A stretch of DNA of 64,000 bases from Savitreella phatthalungensis (Eukaryota), in the NCBI GenBank assembly GCA_051599415.1, contig AP039694.1:310001-374000 (forward strand), read 5' to 3'. The translations under genes were made by a program, and so were the position numbers. The notes under the pieces were generated by a model. That model was given only the letters and a program-made list of their open reading frames with translations, was not told where the DNA came from and did no database searches. Of the stretch, positions 29,801 to 41,059 are shown in pieces (position 1 is the first letter of the stretch; each line of letters starts with the position of its first letter).

Positions 29801-31502
29801 CTGTTGATCCCGTTTCTCCAAAATGACATAGACCACGAACGTATGACCGTAAAACAGAAGCTGTAAAAAATGCAATGCATAATGAAGATGCTGACACGTG
29901 TATTTGGTGGGAGAAGCATGTGTTCTGGCAGGCCTCTTGATAAAACTTTCAAGGGCGTCTACAACAGAGTTGCAGCAGAAATCAATGTACAGAAAGTGAT
30001 GCTTTTGGTTCACGCGGTCGGTCAGGACGCTGAGACTGGCTCGCGTGAGTGTACCGACAAATGGACACGCGAGCGAGACATTGCCAATGTCACCCGAGCA
30101 TGTCATCGTGGATTTAGCTGACAGGCCTCCTGCGAGAGAAGTAGGACGATCGTCAGGGATTAGCGCTGCACTTCGCCTCAATGATACGCGGTCAATCAGC
30201 CGCGTGGTATATGCATGTGTGACAGGAATTTTACTTCTTTCGTTTCTAGAAGAATGTCCAGGAAGCTTTCCAGAGTATGGTCAGATATCGCCGTACATGT
30301 CCGCTTTGACCGGGGTCACCGTGTCAACGAAACGACGTCAAGAGTGATGCTTTTGAAGCCACTACCATAGCTGATGTCAGAACGCAACGGTGTCAGATAT
30401 AGGTGTACATTTTTGCACTGCCACAATGATCGTCGTCCACTGCGTCCTATGTATGATGATTGATCTTGATCTCGTGGTAGACCGTGCATTCAATCAATCA
30501 GAACACTGCAGGCTTTCAACGTTGCATCAAGCATGACCTGCATGACAGGCAGCCAACGAAACCAAAAAAAGCTTAATTTCCAGGACTATCGAATCCAGCT
30601 TATGCATGTTGAGTGTGCTCAATTTTTGCTGGGTGAAGCGAATTCATCGATTGGTCAGTCGGCCCGCTTAATGAAATGAAGTTGTAAAGATCTACCCCGC
30701 CGACCACAAACATATTTCACTGGAGCTGTCTACACCACAATCACGGACCCCTCAACAGGTCTAAATTCTACTGATCAATCTCATTGCCGTTGAGCATCAA
30801 CAATCAGGTGGTGCTTGAACCACGACATAGGGAAGACGCGTGTGCGGGCTATTGCCCGTTTTTTACCCCCCCACCTGGACCAGTCTTCACTCCTCAAGCC
30901 CCAATTGCCACGACAGGGACCGTACGCGAAAAAAAAAATGACTGGGGCTCACTACGCGCAGGCGGGGCAGCCGCTCGTTCTCTACCTGACAACGCTCAAG
31001 CAGAAGTCCTTTCGGTGCAATACCCATTCTATTCACGTTCACTTCCATAGCTGGAAACCGTTGCCTGGCGTATCTTTCGTGCCTCAAAAAGTAAGTCAAC
31101 ACTAGCTCCCGAAACCTTCATCTCCGAGTAACGCTGATCTTGTCTCCTGACTGTGGGGAAGGAATCTTAAGACTCAGAGACCATGTTTGTGACCGTGTAG
31201 ACCAGAGCAAGGTAAGGCGTGGCATGGCACGGCATGGCAGGTACAGGGGGCTCACAAAGCGCATGTCTATCCAAGATGTCGGTAATAGCCCATTGCTCGC
31301 GCGGTTGCCACGTCCTGCACGCAACGTTGCCTCGTCGCTTCTAATGACCATTCTGACGCTTGCGAGATATGCTTTCACCCCTTCTACGCAACTGGGACTA
31401 ACGAGCATGTCACAACAAGCTCGCCTGGGAGCACCTGGGCTCGACGTGAGCATCGGAAGTCTCACATCATGTCTCTCCGAGACAATCTCCTCAAGTCTGG
31501 GG

Positions 31503-31508
31503 TATAAA
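31503..31508 (+). promoter_or_regulatory. Candidate TATA box of the subtilisin gene
   Basis: TATAAA starting 55 nt upstream of ATG 31558, followed by a pyrimidine-rich leader. Confidence 0.5.
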
Positions 31509-31557
31509 TGTCCGGGGTCGTCCTCCTTTGTACAGCATCTTCTCCTGTTCCCAAAAG

Positions 31558-32760
31558 ATGCTCTTCCTCGCACTCGCATCCGCAGCATCTGCCCTGTCAC
31601 TTGGCAGCGTCACTGGCGCCGTGACTGGAGCCACGACACAGTCCAACCCAGTTGATGGATCTCTTGGATACCTGGTCACTGTCGCTGACGGCACACCGCT
31701 CGAGACTGTCATTAACCAAATCGCTGGACTTTCAGACTCCGTCTCCCAGCGATTCACATTGATCAACGCCTTCGCCCTCAAGCCTTCGGCATCTCCCCTG
31801 GTGGCAGCCCTGTCGCTTGTCCCAGGCGTCACTGTCGAGCGTGATGAGATCTTCTCCATCAACGCCCAGGTCACACAGACCAATGCGCCTTGGGGTCTGC
31901 AGCGCGTGTCTACCAAGTCGAAGGTGCAGGCCACCTCCGGCGGCAACGAGAAGCTGCCTGCATACAAGTACACCTACAACACAGACTCGATCGGTTCCGG
32001 CGTAGACGCCTACATCGTCGACACCGGCGTCAACTGCGACCACGTCTCATTCGGTGGCCGCGCCGTCTGCCGCCCAGAGGCCGACTTCACCGGCAGCGGA
32101 TCCTCCTACGACGGCAACGGCCACGGCACGCACTGCACTGGAACGATCGGTTCGTCATCCTACGGTGTTGCAAAGGCAGCAAGCCTTTTCGCCGTCCGTG
32201 TGCTCGGCTCCGACGGCAGTGGCTCGTCGTCCCAGATCATCTCTGGTATTCAGTACGTTGTGGCACAGAAGAAGCTTCGCAAGAGGCCGACTGTCATGTC
32301 GATGTCCCTCGGCGGCATCAAGCAGGTCGCACTCGACAACGCCGTCAACGCTGCCATCCGCAACGGTGTGCACGCCGTCGTCGCCGCAGGCAACGATGCC
32401 GCACCGGCCTGTCTGTACTCGCCTGCTGGCTCTAACGCGATCACCGTGGGTGCGACCAACATTACCGACACCTTTGCCTACTTCTCCAACTTCGGCATGT
32501 GCGTCGACGTCCTCGCCCCAGGATTCAACGTTCTCTCTGCCTGGAACGGCTCTCCTGTCGACACAAAGGTCATCTCGGGAACGTCCATGGCCACCCCACA
32601 CACCGCAGGCGTCGTCGCACGATACCTCTCCCTCCCACAATACGCTGCCTACACACCAAACCAGATCAAGCAGCTCATCCAGCAGACCGCACAGAAGAAC
32701 GCCATCACCAGCGTTCCCCTCCTCACGCCGAACCTCATGGTTCAGACACCGTCAACCTAA
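31558..32760 (+). CDS. Secreted subtilisin-like serine protease (S8, proteinase K type)
   Basis: Signal peptide, I9-like propeptide, QTNAPWGLQRVS, catalytic IVDTG / GHGTHCTG / SGTSMATPH, and AAGN oxyanion motif. Confidence 0.96.
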   Translation: MLFLALASAASALSLGSVTGAVTGATTQSNPVDGSLGYLVTVADGTPLETVINQIAGLSDSVSQRFTLINAFALKPSASPLVAALSLVPGVTVERDEIFSINAQVTQTNAPWGLQRVSTKSKVQATSGGNEKLPAYKYTYNTDSIGSGVDAYIVDTGVNCDHVSFGGRAVCRPEADFTGSGSSYDGNGHGTHCTGTIGSSSYGVAKAASLFAVRVLGSDGSGSSSQIISGIQYVVAQKKLRKRPTVMSMSLGGIKQVALDNAVNAAIRNGVHAVVAAGNDAAPACLYSPAGSNAITVGATNITDTFAYFSNFGMCVDVLAPGFNVLSAWNGSPVDTKVISGTSMATPHTAGVVARYLSLPQYAAYTPNQIKQLIQQTAQKNAITSVPLLTPNLMVQTPST

Positions 32761-32981
32761 GACGGAAGAACAGTGTGCACAGGTGTACACAATAAATCTA
32801 GCCCACTGCGTGTAAGCTAATTTAGATCAAAAAGGAAATGTCTATAAATTCGATTTCTAAATTTCTCTAAAAAGGATTTGTGATTTTAATTGTGATTTTT
32901 CTTTACTTTGGGCCCGAGACGAGCAACTCGTCTGGGTAATTTGCCGCCGATTCAACCTCTGCAGGAGACTAGGAAGTGTGC

Positions 32982-34544
32982 TTACGCTGACAGCGAAGAG
33001 ACAATGACCGAGGGCGCCTTCTTGGTGGCAAGAAGGGTGTCATCGACATGGTGAACGCCTTCGAGCCAAGCGAGGAGATCCAGCCTGTTGCGGTAGATGT
33101 TGTCGAGCTGGTTCCTCCTGGCTGCGTCAGCCCAGTTGTGTCCTGGGAGGAGGATGATCATGAGGAAGGACTCGATGATGGACGGTGGCACATTGCTGAG
33201 CAACTGACCAGTTGTGTCCCAGGACATGAGAGATGACCCGATCAGCAACCCGACAATCAACACCACGTCTCCAACAACAGCCCAAGCATTCGCACACACC
33301 CTGCCGACCGCAGTCGACGCCCTGAGCGAAAGCTTGAAGCTCAGCGCGTTCTCAGGCAGCTGTACCTGGACGGGTGTGGGTCTGCGGGCGGTGGCGAAGA
33401 GGGTTTGCTCGAGCACGGCGACGCGGTCGTACTGTGCTGCTTCGTGGTCACGCAGGTGTGCCTGGACGTTCAGCAACACAAAGCCATCGTGCAAGCCGAT
33501 CAGGCCAGCGTAAGTGCCGATGATCAGCCACCAGTTCGCATCAAAACCCAGCACAGGACCAATCGCCAACCAAGCCACCATCACCACCGCCAGCAGCAGA
33601 ATCCCAACGAGCGTGCCGACGACGTCGGCGTAGTAGTAGATCGCACGCTGGAGGAGGGTGCAGGTCTGTGGGGGTACGGTGACCGTTGGGTTTGGGATGT
33701 TGTCGCGGGTGAGGTGGCGTAGACGTTGCTCTAGACGGCCGTCTAATTTGAAGGCTGCGTCGGTGGAGATGCGGGCGTGCTTGGCGTGGCGTTCGCGGAT
33801 GTTTGCGAGGAAGACAAAGGTGAAGGTCATCAGGGCAGACGTGGCCGAATTCATGTACAGCTGCCAGGTATTGGACCACCCGTTCCGTGGACCAAAGCAC
33901 AACCACACAAGCACACCGACCCAGTACACGCCGACCGTGCCAATGTGGCCAAAGTACAGGGAGAACGTGGTCACACATCGGCCGAACGCGCTCTCACGAG
34001 GCAGTTCGAGCTCGAGGTCTGACGGACGTGCGGGCGGACCTTGGACAAGTGTGCCGTCAGCGATGGCCGTGTTGACGGCGTCGAGCATGCGGATGTGGGA
34101 GGTCATGCGCGACTGAAGCTGGGTGGTGACGTCCAGATTGTCCTCGTACGTGTTGAGCGACTGCCGCATCAGCAGGGAATCGAAGATATACGACAAGATC
34201 GCCTGAGCATCAGAGATAAACACCTGCCAGTCAACCTCCCCGTGAAACTTGATTCCCAGCAATCCCCAAATCAGCAGACCCACAATCACACTCCCAAACA
34301 TCGTCGTCGACCCAGATGCACGAACGACAGCATCCAGCCATCGGTCTAGCAATCGGGCTTTCGTCTTCAGGTTGAGACCCTTGATGGAGTTGACTGAGAG
34401 CTCCTCGGAAGTTCGTTTTTCATCGAATCCTTCGGAGGTCGAGGAGGTGGTGGTGACAGAGGTGGTGGGGCACTGTGTGGGAGCGGCACTGGAGAAGGCC
34501 TTTTGAGCGCCAGGCGCACAGAGCATGTCCCAGATACGGGTCAT
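32982..34544 (-). CDS. FET4: Low-affinity iron/zinc permease, Fet4 family
   Basis: LDRWLDAVVRASGS, WQVFISDAQAILSY, WQLYMNSATS, IYYYADVVGTLVG, WWLIIGTYAGLIG and TTGQLLSNVPPSIIESF. Confidence 0.9.
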   Translation of the reverse strand: MTRIWDMLCAPGAQKAFSSAAPTQCPTTSVTTTSSTSEGFDEKRTSEELSVNSIKGLNLKTKARLLDRWLDAVVRASGSTTMFGSVIVGLLIWGLLGIKFHGEVDWQVFISDAQAILSYIFDSLLMRQSLNTYEDNLDVTTQLQSRMTSHIRMLDAVNTAIADGTLVQGPPARPSDLELELPRESAFGRCVTTFSLYFGHIGTVGVYWVGVLVWLCFGPRNGWSNTWQLYMNSATSALMTFTFVFLANIRERHAKHARISTDAAFKLDGRLEQRLRHLTRDNIPNPTVTVPPQTCTLLQRAIYYYADVVGTLVGILLLAVVMVAWLAIGPVLGFDANWWLIIGTYAGLIGLHDGFVLLNVQAHLRDHEAAQYDRVAVLEQTLFATARRPTPVQVQLPENALSFKLSLRASTAVGRVCANAWAVVGDVVLIVGLLIGSSLMSWDTTGQLLSNVPPSIIESFLMIILLPGHNWADAARRNQLDNIYRNRLDLLAWLEGVHHVDDTLLATKKAPSVIVSSLSA

Positions 34545-36317
34545 CTTTGGAATGAAGAAATGATAAGTCTAGGAGCGTGTTGACTTTTGGCCAAAAGAAT
34601 ACGGGCTAGAGGCCAGGGTAAAGGGCCTACAGTGGAATCTGAGGGTCAAGGCGCTCTCCTGAGAAGAGAGAGCAGGCTGGGAAGCTGTATGAGAGCGCGG
34701 AAAGAACCGTGGCAAGGCTGTTCATCGGTTGACGAAGAGGATTGATGGATAGATTCATACAACGAAGGGACAAGTCAAGCCTTTATACCCGGCAGGGAAA
34801 TTCTCGTCGATATAGTGTGTAGTCTGCACGAGAATTTTCTCACAGAAGGACAGAAGGGGAAAGGGCAGTCTAAGTGAGGGAGTAAGATTACCCGACAAAC
34901 ACGACGGTGTGGTCGGCAGTGAAGTCACTTCAAATTTAACTTTTTCGACCTGGACTAGCTTTCGAGATAAGTTTGGACGCGGGAGCCAGGTATCTGGTTC
35001 GAAACGCTCTTGATTGATACGCTGGATTTCCTTTGACGCAAAGGGTTTGGAGCTCAGGTCCAGGCTCGGGGACGTTTGGGCCATTCGGAGGTGGCTTCAG
35101 GTCACTGTGAGAGACAGTTTTGAGGTTTGAATGGATGTACCAATCTGAAGCCTCAATGACTTGAGATTAGACTTGGTTCAGAAAAGAAGTGGAAGCCGCA
35201 TCTGAGCTTAATTGGCGAAAATGGGCAAGAATGAGCGAGGACTGTCTACTCCTGAATCACAAGTATCTATCACATCCAAGGTATAATTCGAACCCACTTA
35301 GACTATCTTTTGTATTCGGTATACCAACAAAGTAGAGTAGGTGGCATTAATCTCACAGAGGTGGAAAGGAAATCTTCCAAACAAATCAAATTATTTCAAT
35401 CACTCCTGTCACAGAATGGGTTTACACAAACACTTCAAAAGAGCGGATGAGGGAAATCAGGATCTACCAATCACATAAGATATTCAAAAGACTAGTCTAG
35501 AGGTGTGTAGCACTGCATGCAGAGCAGGAGACGGATAAGCCATAGATGAATGCATCCATCTCAGCTAAGAGGTCTAGCCATCCACCTTCAAACCAACTTG
35601 GTTCATTGTGCAGTGCAGGATGACAACGCAACCACTCTAACTATTTACACATAGATAGATACATCCATCGTTTCCACTCAGCCGGCCACCCAGTTCTTTC
35701 CTTTACTTTTCTCTCACAGTCACGCGAGTCCATCAATTCACCCATCTGTCCACCAAGGTACTCATCCGCACAAGCCATCGAGTGCCCACCACGGATCTCT
35801 CATCCCGAATACCCAATAATTCGTTCTCTTGACAACTAGCATGGACATCCATCAACCAGGCCAGAAGGTCGCTCGCGCCAGTCACACACCTCCAAAGCGT
35901 CTGCACCGGTGCAGACTTCTGGGCAGACAGACTCCTGAGGGTCTACAGTAACTAGCTCATGCTTGGCTTGATTGAACCATTCGCGTGCATTCTACGCTCA
36001 CTCCCACGTGTATCCGTTTGAGTTTTTCAACTTCAGGGGTGCACTTGCACGTGTTGTCTTTTATCAGCCACAGTGAGGAATCTCCAGCCTCCCCCACACG
36101 ATCCACTCCTCCAACCTAAACACGCGCCTCCAGCTGGAGCCTGAAGTCACTGCCAAAGCTACCCTGAAACCGTCTACGGCAATTCCGCCCAACCCACAAC
36201 TTCCACAACTTCCGCTGGCTTTGATAGTCACCACCAATCTGGTCAACTACTCCATAGACCGACAATCATCCGGCTTGTCTGACTGCAGGCGATTTCACCT
36301 CTTATATACTTCGAGGG

Positions 36318-37340
36318 ATGCTCACGAGGCTCCTGCCTGTAGGTAGGCTCGGGTCCTGCAGGAGGACATACTCCAGCTATGGCTTTGTCGGTCTCGGCCG
36401 CATGGGCATGGGCATGGCCATCAATCTCCGGAAAAAGGTAGAACCTTCGTCTGAGGTCATCGTCTATGACACAAACCCAGCAGCTCTGGAGGAGATCTCC
36501 AAGCACACACGCAATGTCACAATAGCCTCATCCCTAAAGCAGATCGGGTCCAAGGCAGACTGCATCATCACCATGCTTCCAGACACGAGCCATGTCGAAG
36601 CATGCTATTTCGGTGACGAAGGTTTCTGCTTCGATCAGCCAGGACTAGAGACAGGTCTCTCGGACAGTCAGAAGACCGATCGTCTGTTTGTGGATTGTTC
36701 GACTATTGACCCGTTTAGATCACGCGACATCGCCTCTCGCCTCTCGGAGACTTCCACCGGTACCTTTGTCGATGCACCTGTATCTGGCGGAGTCAAGGGC
36801 GCCAATGATGGTACCCTAACCTTCATGGTCGGCATGTCACCTGAGCACTCCCTCAGGCAGAAGCTCGAAGTCCTCCTTGGCCACATGGGCAAGTCGATTC
36901 ATCTATGCGGCGGCCAGGGAGCAGGTCTCTCTGCCAAGCTCGTCAACAACTACATGCTCGCCCTCCACAACATCGCCACGGCCGAAGGCATGAACCTCGG
37001 CCTCAGACTTGGACTACCTGCAGAGACCCTCGCAGGAGTCATCAATTCCTCCACGGGCAAGTGCTGGCCCTCCCTCTCAAACAATCCGGTCGAAGGGGTG
37101 ACAGAGAACGCACCTTGCACGCGGGATTTTGATGGTGGGTTCGGGACACAGCTGATGAAGAAGGATCTGTCGCTCGCAATCAAGGCAGCAGAGGGCTGTG
37201 GAGCTTTCCTCGGCGCCAAAGACTACGCCTCCAAACTCTACGACACCGCAGCTTCCGATGACAAGATGAAGAACAAGGACTTTGGCGTCATCTACAAACT
37301 CATCAGCTCCTGGTCAGATGAATCGAAGCGACAGTCCTAA
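36318..37340 (+). CDS. 3-hydroxyisobutyrate dehydrogenase, mitochondrial
   Basis: Presequence, GFVGLGRMG, IITMLP, VDCSTID, FVDAPVSGGVKGA, GLSAKLVNN, SSTGKCW and NNPV.G. Confidence 0.92.
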   Translation: MLTRLLPVGRLGSCRRTYSSYGFVGLGRMGMGMAINLRKKVEPSSEVIVYDTNPAALEEISKHTRNVTIASSLKQIGSKADCIITMLPDTSHVEACYFGDEGFCFDQPGLETGLSDSQKTDRLFVDCSTIDPFRSRDIASRLSETSTGTFVDAPVSGGVKGANDGTLTFMVGMSPEHSLRQKLEVLLGHMGKSIHLCGGQGAGLSAKLVNNYMLALHNIATAEGMNLGLRLGLPAETLAGVINSSTGKCWPSLSNNPVEGVTENAPCTRDFDGGFGTQLMKKDLSLAIKAAEGCGAFLGAKDYASKLYDTAASDDKMKNKDFGVIYKLISSWSDESKRQS

Positions 37341-37660
37341 GCTTCCACTTGTCTCGAACGAAAGTCCTCTTCATCACTGTCGAGCAGGTGCAGTGTGACG
37401 CTCCCATACTTGAGACAATCTACTTTTACACGTGTCTGAATAGCATAATTCAACGTAAAATTGCATCAGACAAACGTACTTGCTTAATTGTGCATATTAT
37501 CATGTGGGGCTCTGGAAGGCCACTGATTCGCCCCCGTGGGCTCTCATCTACGGCTAAAGTTGGGTATCCCTAATAGGGAAACCACGCTCGAGATCATAGG
37601 ATACCCCTACCGACAACACATCAGCTGTAAAGCTCTTCATAACGCGCTCTCGCTCTAGGC

Positions 37661-39211
37661 ATGGCGACGCGCACTGAGATTGCTGTACAATCGCCATTAG
37701 ATCCACAATCTCTCTCCGGGCATGGAAAGTCTCCCTGGACATCAACGGCGATCGAAGCCGAGCCCACCAATGTATCTGTTCAGGAGCTGGGCAGACGGCC
37801 GCTAGGTGCACGTCTGGTCGAAACCGCACGGAACTTCTGGCATCTCGGGTTCACGGCATTTGGTGGGCCGGGCGTGCATGTGGTGATCCTCAAACGGCTG
37901 TTTGTCGGTCGGTGGTTGGATGAGACGACGTTTGCTGACCTCTTTGCCCTCGGCAACGCTCTCCCCGGACCTGGTTCCACCCAACTCGCATTCTCGATCG
38001 CCGTCGTCCGCAACGGCACCCTCGCCGGCCTGCTCGCTTTCCTATTCTGGTCACTGCCGGGAGCCGCGGGCATGGCAGGCTTGGGCGCAGGCGTCAGAGC
38101 GTTCCCGGAGAAGTTGCCCCCCATCGTCCTCGCCCTCCTGACCGGCCTGAACGCGAGCGCTGTGGGTCTCATCGCTCTGGCAGCCTACCAGCTCTCCCTG
38201 ACTGCAGTCACAGACCCGGTGTCGCGTCTCATCGTCCTGGCGTCTGCATCCTTCGGGATCTGTTACCACGCTCCCTGGATGTACCCAGTCCTGATTGTCA
38301 TCGGAGGTCTCTGCGCGCTCGTGTACGATAAGCGTAAATGGGTGCAATCACACTTGCCAAATCGCAGATCACGCACAGCGGAGACAGCCTCCGGTCCATC
38401 GGCCATTGAGCTCGACAGCTTATCACCGGCACAGGCAAGCGACTTGAGAGGCATTCGTCGACGCAATCCTCCATCACAACCTACAGAGACTATAATAGAG
38501 GATTCGCGCCGGCGGACAGAACTCATGGTGCCCGACAAACGTCTAGCAGTGTTACTCGGCGTTATCTTCGTCGTCTCCATCACCGTCCTTCTCTCCGTTC
38601 GAGGACGTCTAGGCGGCAAATACCGGCCGCTCGACTTCTTCGCCAACATGACACTCGCAGGCTTGATCATCTTTGGTGGCGGTCCTGTAGTAATCCCGCT
38701 CCTGCGTGGTTATACAGTCGATAACGGCTGGGTACATTCACGTGACTTCCTCCTTGGCTTCGCTATCCTTCAGGCCTTTCCGGGCCCGAACTTCAACTTT
38801 GCCGTCTACCTCGGGGTGCTTGCGGTGCCGAGCAGTCCTGCTCTAGGAGGTTTTCTCGGCTGGCTCGGTATCTTTCTCCCTGGTATCCTTCTGAAACTCA
38901 GTCTCCTACCGGGCTACACCGCCTGGCGGAAGTCATCGACAGCCAAGAGCATCCTCCGGGGCTTCAACGCAGCAGCCACGGGACTCGTCTACACAGCCGT
39001 CTGGCAACTATTCCTCGTAGGCTACATCTACACACCGGCAACCGGGAATACCACCGCCACTTCCTCTGCACCCCTCCTCACAGACCCCTTCTGGGGCGTC
39101 GTCGCGGGATTCGCATTCGTCCTCACCCAGTGGTATAAGTCGCCCCCAGCGCTTACCATCGTCGCAGGCGCACTAGCCGGCCTAGCGTGGTACGGCGTTG
39201 TAAATCGGTGA
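37661..39211 (+). CDS. Chromate ion transporter (CHR family, long-chain)
   Basis: LGFTAFGGPGVH, ALPGPGSTQ, IIFGGGPVVIPLL and QAFPGPNFNFA duplicated-half motifs. Confidence 0.93.
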   Translation: MATRTEIAVQSPLDPQSLSGHGKSPWTSTAIEAEPTNVSVQELGRRPLGARLVETARNFWHLGFTAFGGPGVHVVILKRLFVGRWLDETTFADLFALGNALPGPGSTQLAFSIAVVRNGTLAGLLAFLFWSLPGAAGMAGLGAGVRAFPEKLPPIVLALLTGLNASAVGLIALAAYQLSLTAVTDPVSRLIVLASASFGICYHAPWMYPVLIVIGGLCALVYDKRKWVQSHLPNRRSRTAETASGPSAIELDSLSPAQASDLRGIRRRNPPSQPTETIIEDSRRRTELMVPDKRLAVLLGVIFVVSITVLLSVRGRLGGKYRPLDFFANMTLAGLIIFGGGPVVIPLLRGYTVDNGWVHSRDFLLGFAILQAFPGPNFNFAVYLGVLAVPSSPALGGFLGWLGIFLPGILLKLSLLPGYTAWRKSSTAKSILRGFNAAATGLVYTAVWQLFLVGYIYTPATGNTTATSSAPLLTDPFWGVVAGFAFVLTQWYKSPPALTIVAGALAGLAWYGVVNR

Positions 39212-39897
39212 CACAGCTAATGAGATTACATGTCTACTCCGAGCTCGGCACCGATACCGAGCGCACCTTAACCAGCAGACAGTCTCAAGGGGCCCCGTCA
39301 CGCTAAGTTGACCAAGATGAGCATGTCTGACTGCCACGTCGACGTACGGCTCAATGAATAGCCGGTCCAAACGCTCAATCGTTCATGTGCCCCACCTCGA
39401 CTTCGAAGACTCGCTCCATTCTTACCAGGGACCGGTTAGCTGCATTGAGAGTCTGGCCAATGTCTCACCTTTCGACTGCTCGCCAAACACCTCTCAAACT
39501 CTTTTAACCTGGCTGTGATTGCGTTTCCTATTCAGTATGAAACTGGTAGCAAAATTCGACCCCGCTTAGATTGAAATTTACTGTTGGCAGCTGTCAAGTT
39601 TCACAATCCAAATTGAGACAGGTCAAATTCACCCGAACGCGGAGCTTCTGTGCGACCCAAGCGTCTCAATCAGGATCCTCAACAGGTTAGGTACACCGAC
39701 TGACCTTGAGACTCACTCTCTCACACACGCATACACATACACACGCTTCTCTGCACCAGTCACACCATTACAGAAAACGCTGTTCGTGTGAGACATCCCT
39801 CGTCTGTCACTCGAGTCGATATATACATCGTCATGCCCAACTAGCTTTCTTCATCCGTAATCTACACAATCCACACTCTCTCATATATCTTTACAAA

Positions 39898-41022
39898 ATG
39901 CCCCTAGTGGCCACTGCCGGCATTCTCTGGGCAGGTGCAGCCATCGGCGGCGGCGTCACGGCAGTTCGCGTGCTTCAGGCTATTGCAGCCAAGGCCGCCG
40001 GCGGCACAAGCTTCCCTCAGCCATTACACGAGAGCATCAAGCAATGGTGGACTTGCGACCCTGTCAAGTGCGAGCGCGAACTCCTACAGAAGCACTGCGC
40101 CTTCACAAAGGTCATCACACCGCTCGATGAGGCCGGTCGAAACTTTATCAACGAAGTCGTCATCGAAGGTGCTCCTGGCACGACAGAGCACGTCGTCGTC
40201 CTCCATGGATTCGGCAGCGGCGTCGGCTTCTTCGCGCCTGTCTACAGGCCCTTGAGCAGGTACGGCACCATTCACGCGCTCGACTGGCTCGGCATGGGCA
40301 ACTCGTCCCGACTTCCCTTCTCGAAGGTCGCGTATGCAGCACTCGCAACAGAGGAAGAGCGATGCAGATTCGCCGAGGACTACTTCATCGATTCGCTCGA
40401 AGCCTGGCGAGAAGCGCGAGGTATCGACGAAATGCGGATCGTCGCACACTCCTTCGGCGCCTACCTCGCCACTCGGTACGTCACTAAATACGCCGGCCGG
40501 TGCTCGAAGATTGTCCTCGTCAGCCCCGTAGGCGTGAACGAGAACCCATACCCTCAAGGAAAGGGCAACCCGCTGCCCTGGTTCATCAAGTACATGTGGG
40601 ATGCGTGCATGACGCCGTTCGACTTTGTAAGGTGGGCGGGACCGCTCGGACCGAAGCTTTGTTCGGCATGGCAGAAGACGCAGCACGACCGTGAGTTGCG
40701 TGAGTACGCTTACAGCATCTTCGCTGGCGTCGGTGCTTCGGAGCGCGCACTTTCTCTTATCCTCGCCCCAGGCGCACACGCTCGCATGCCACTCATCGAC
40801 GCCATGCCAGTAGACCTCCCGACCACACTCATCTACGGCGAGCACGACTGGATGCCGATCGACGCAGGCATCGAAGCCGCTCGCAGGGCCAACAAGCTCG
40901 GCGGCCAATGCGACGTCCACGTCATCGCCGACGCAGGTCACCACGCATACATGGAGCAGACGCCCAGCTTCCTCTCTGCCATCGCCCGCTCCTGGCGTCC
41001 TGCCATCATCCAACCTTCATGA
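39898..41022 (+). CDS. Alpha/beta hydrolase, Cld1/Ict1/ABHD4-5 family
   Basis: VVLHGFGSG, ALDWLGMGNSSR, EDYFIDSLEAWR, AHSFGAY, IYGEHDWM and AGHHAYME. Confidence 0.88.
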   Translation: MPLVATAGILWAGAAIGGGVTAVRVLQAIAAKAAGGTSFPQPLHESIKQWWTCDPVKCERELLQKHCAFTKVITPLDEAGRNFINEVVIEGAPGTTEHVVVLHGFGSGVGFFAPVYRPLSRYGTIHALDWLGMGNSSRLPFSKVAYAALATEEERCRFAEDYFIDSLEAWREARGIDEMRIVAHSFGAYLATRYVTKYAGRCSKIVLVSPVGVNENPYPQGKGNPLPWFIKYMWDACMTPFDFVRWAGPLGPKLCSAWQKTQHDRELREYAYSIFAGVGASERALSLILAPGAHARMPLIDAMPVDLPTTLIYGEHDWMPIDAGIEAARRANKLGGQCDVHVIADAGHHAYMEQTPSFLSAIARSWRPAIIQPS

Positions 41023-41059
41023 ACGACTTCAATATGCTTTCAAACCTATAATGCTCTTT

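Noticed and set aside
29645..31600. Short ORFs of 70-178 aa between the arrestin-like and subtilisin genes
   Set aside because: No family motifs, mostly non-ATG starts, mutually overlapping; treated as promoter/intergenic.
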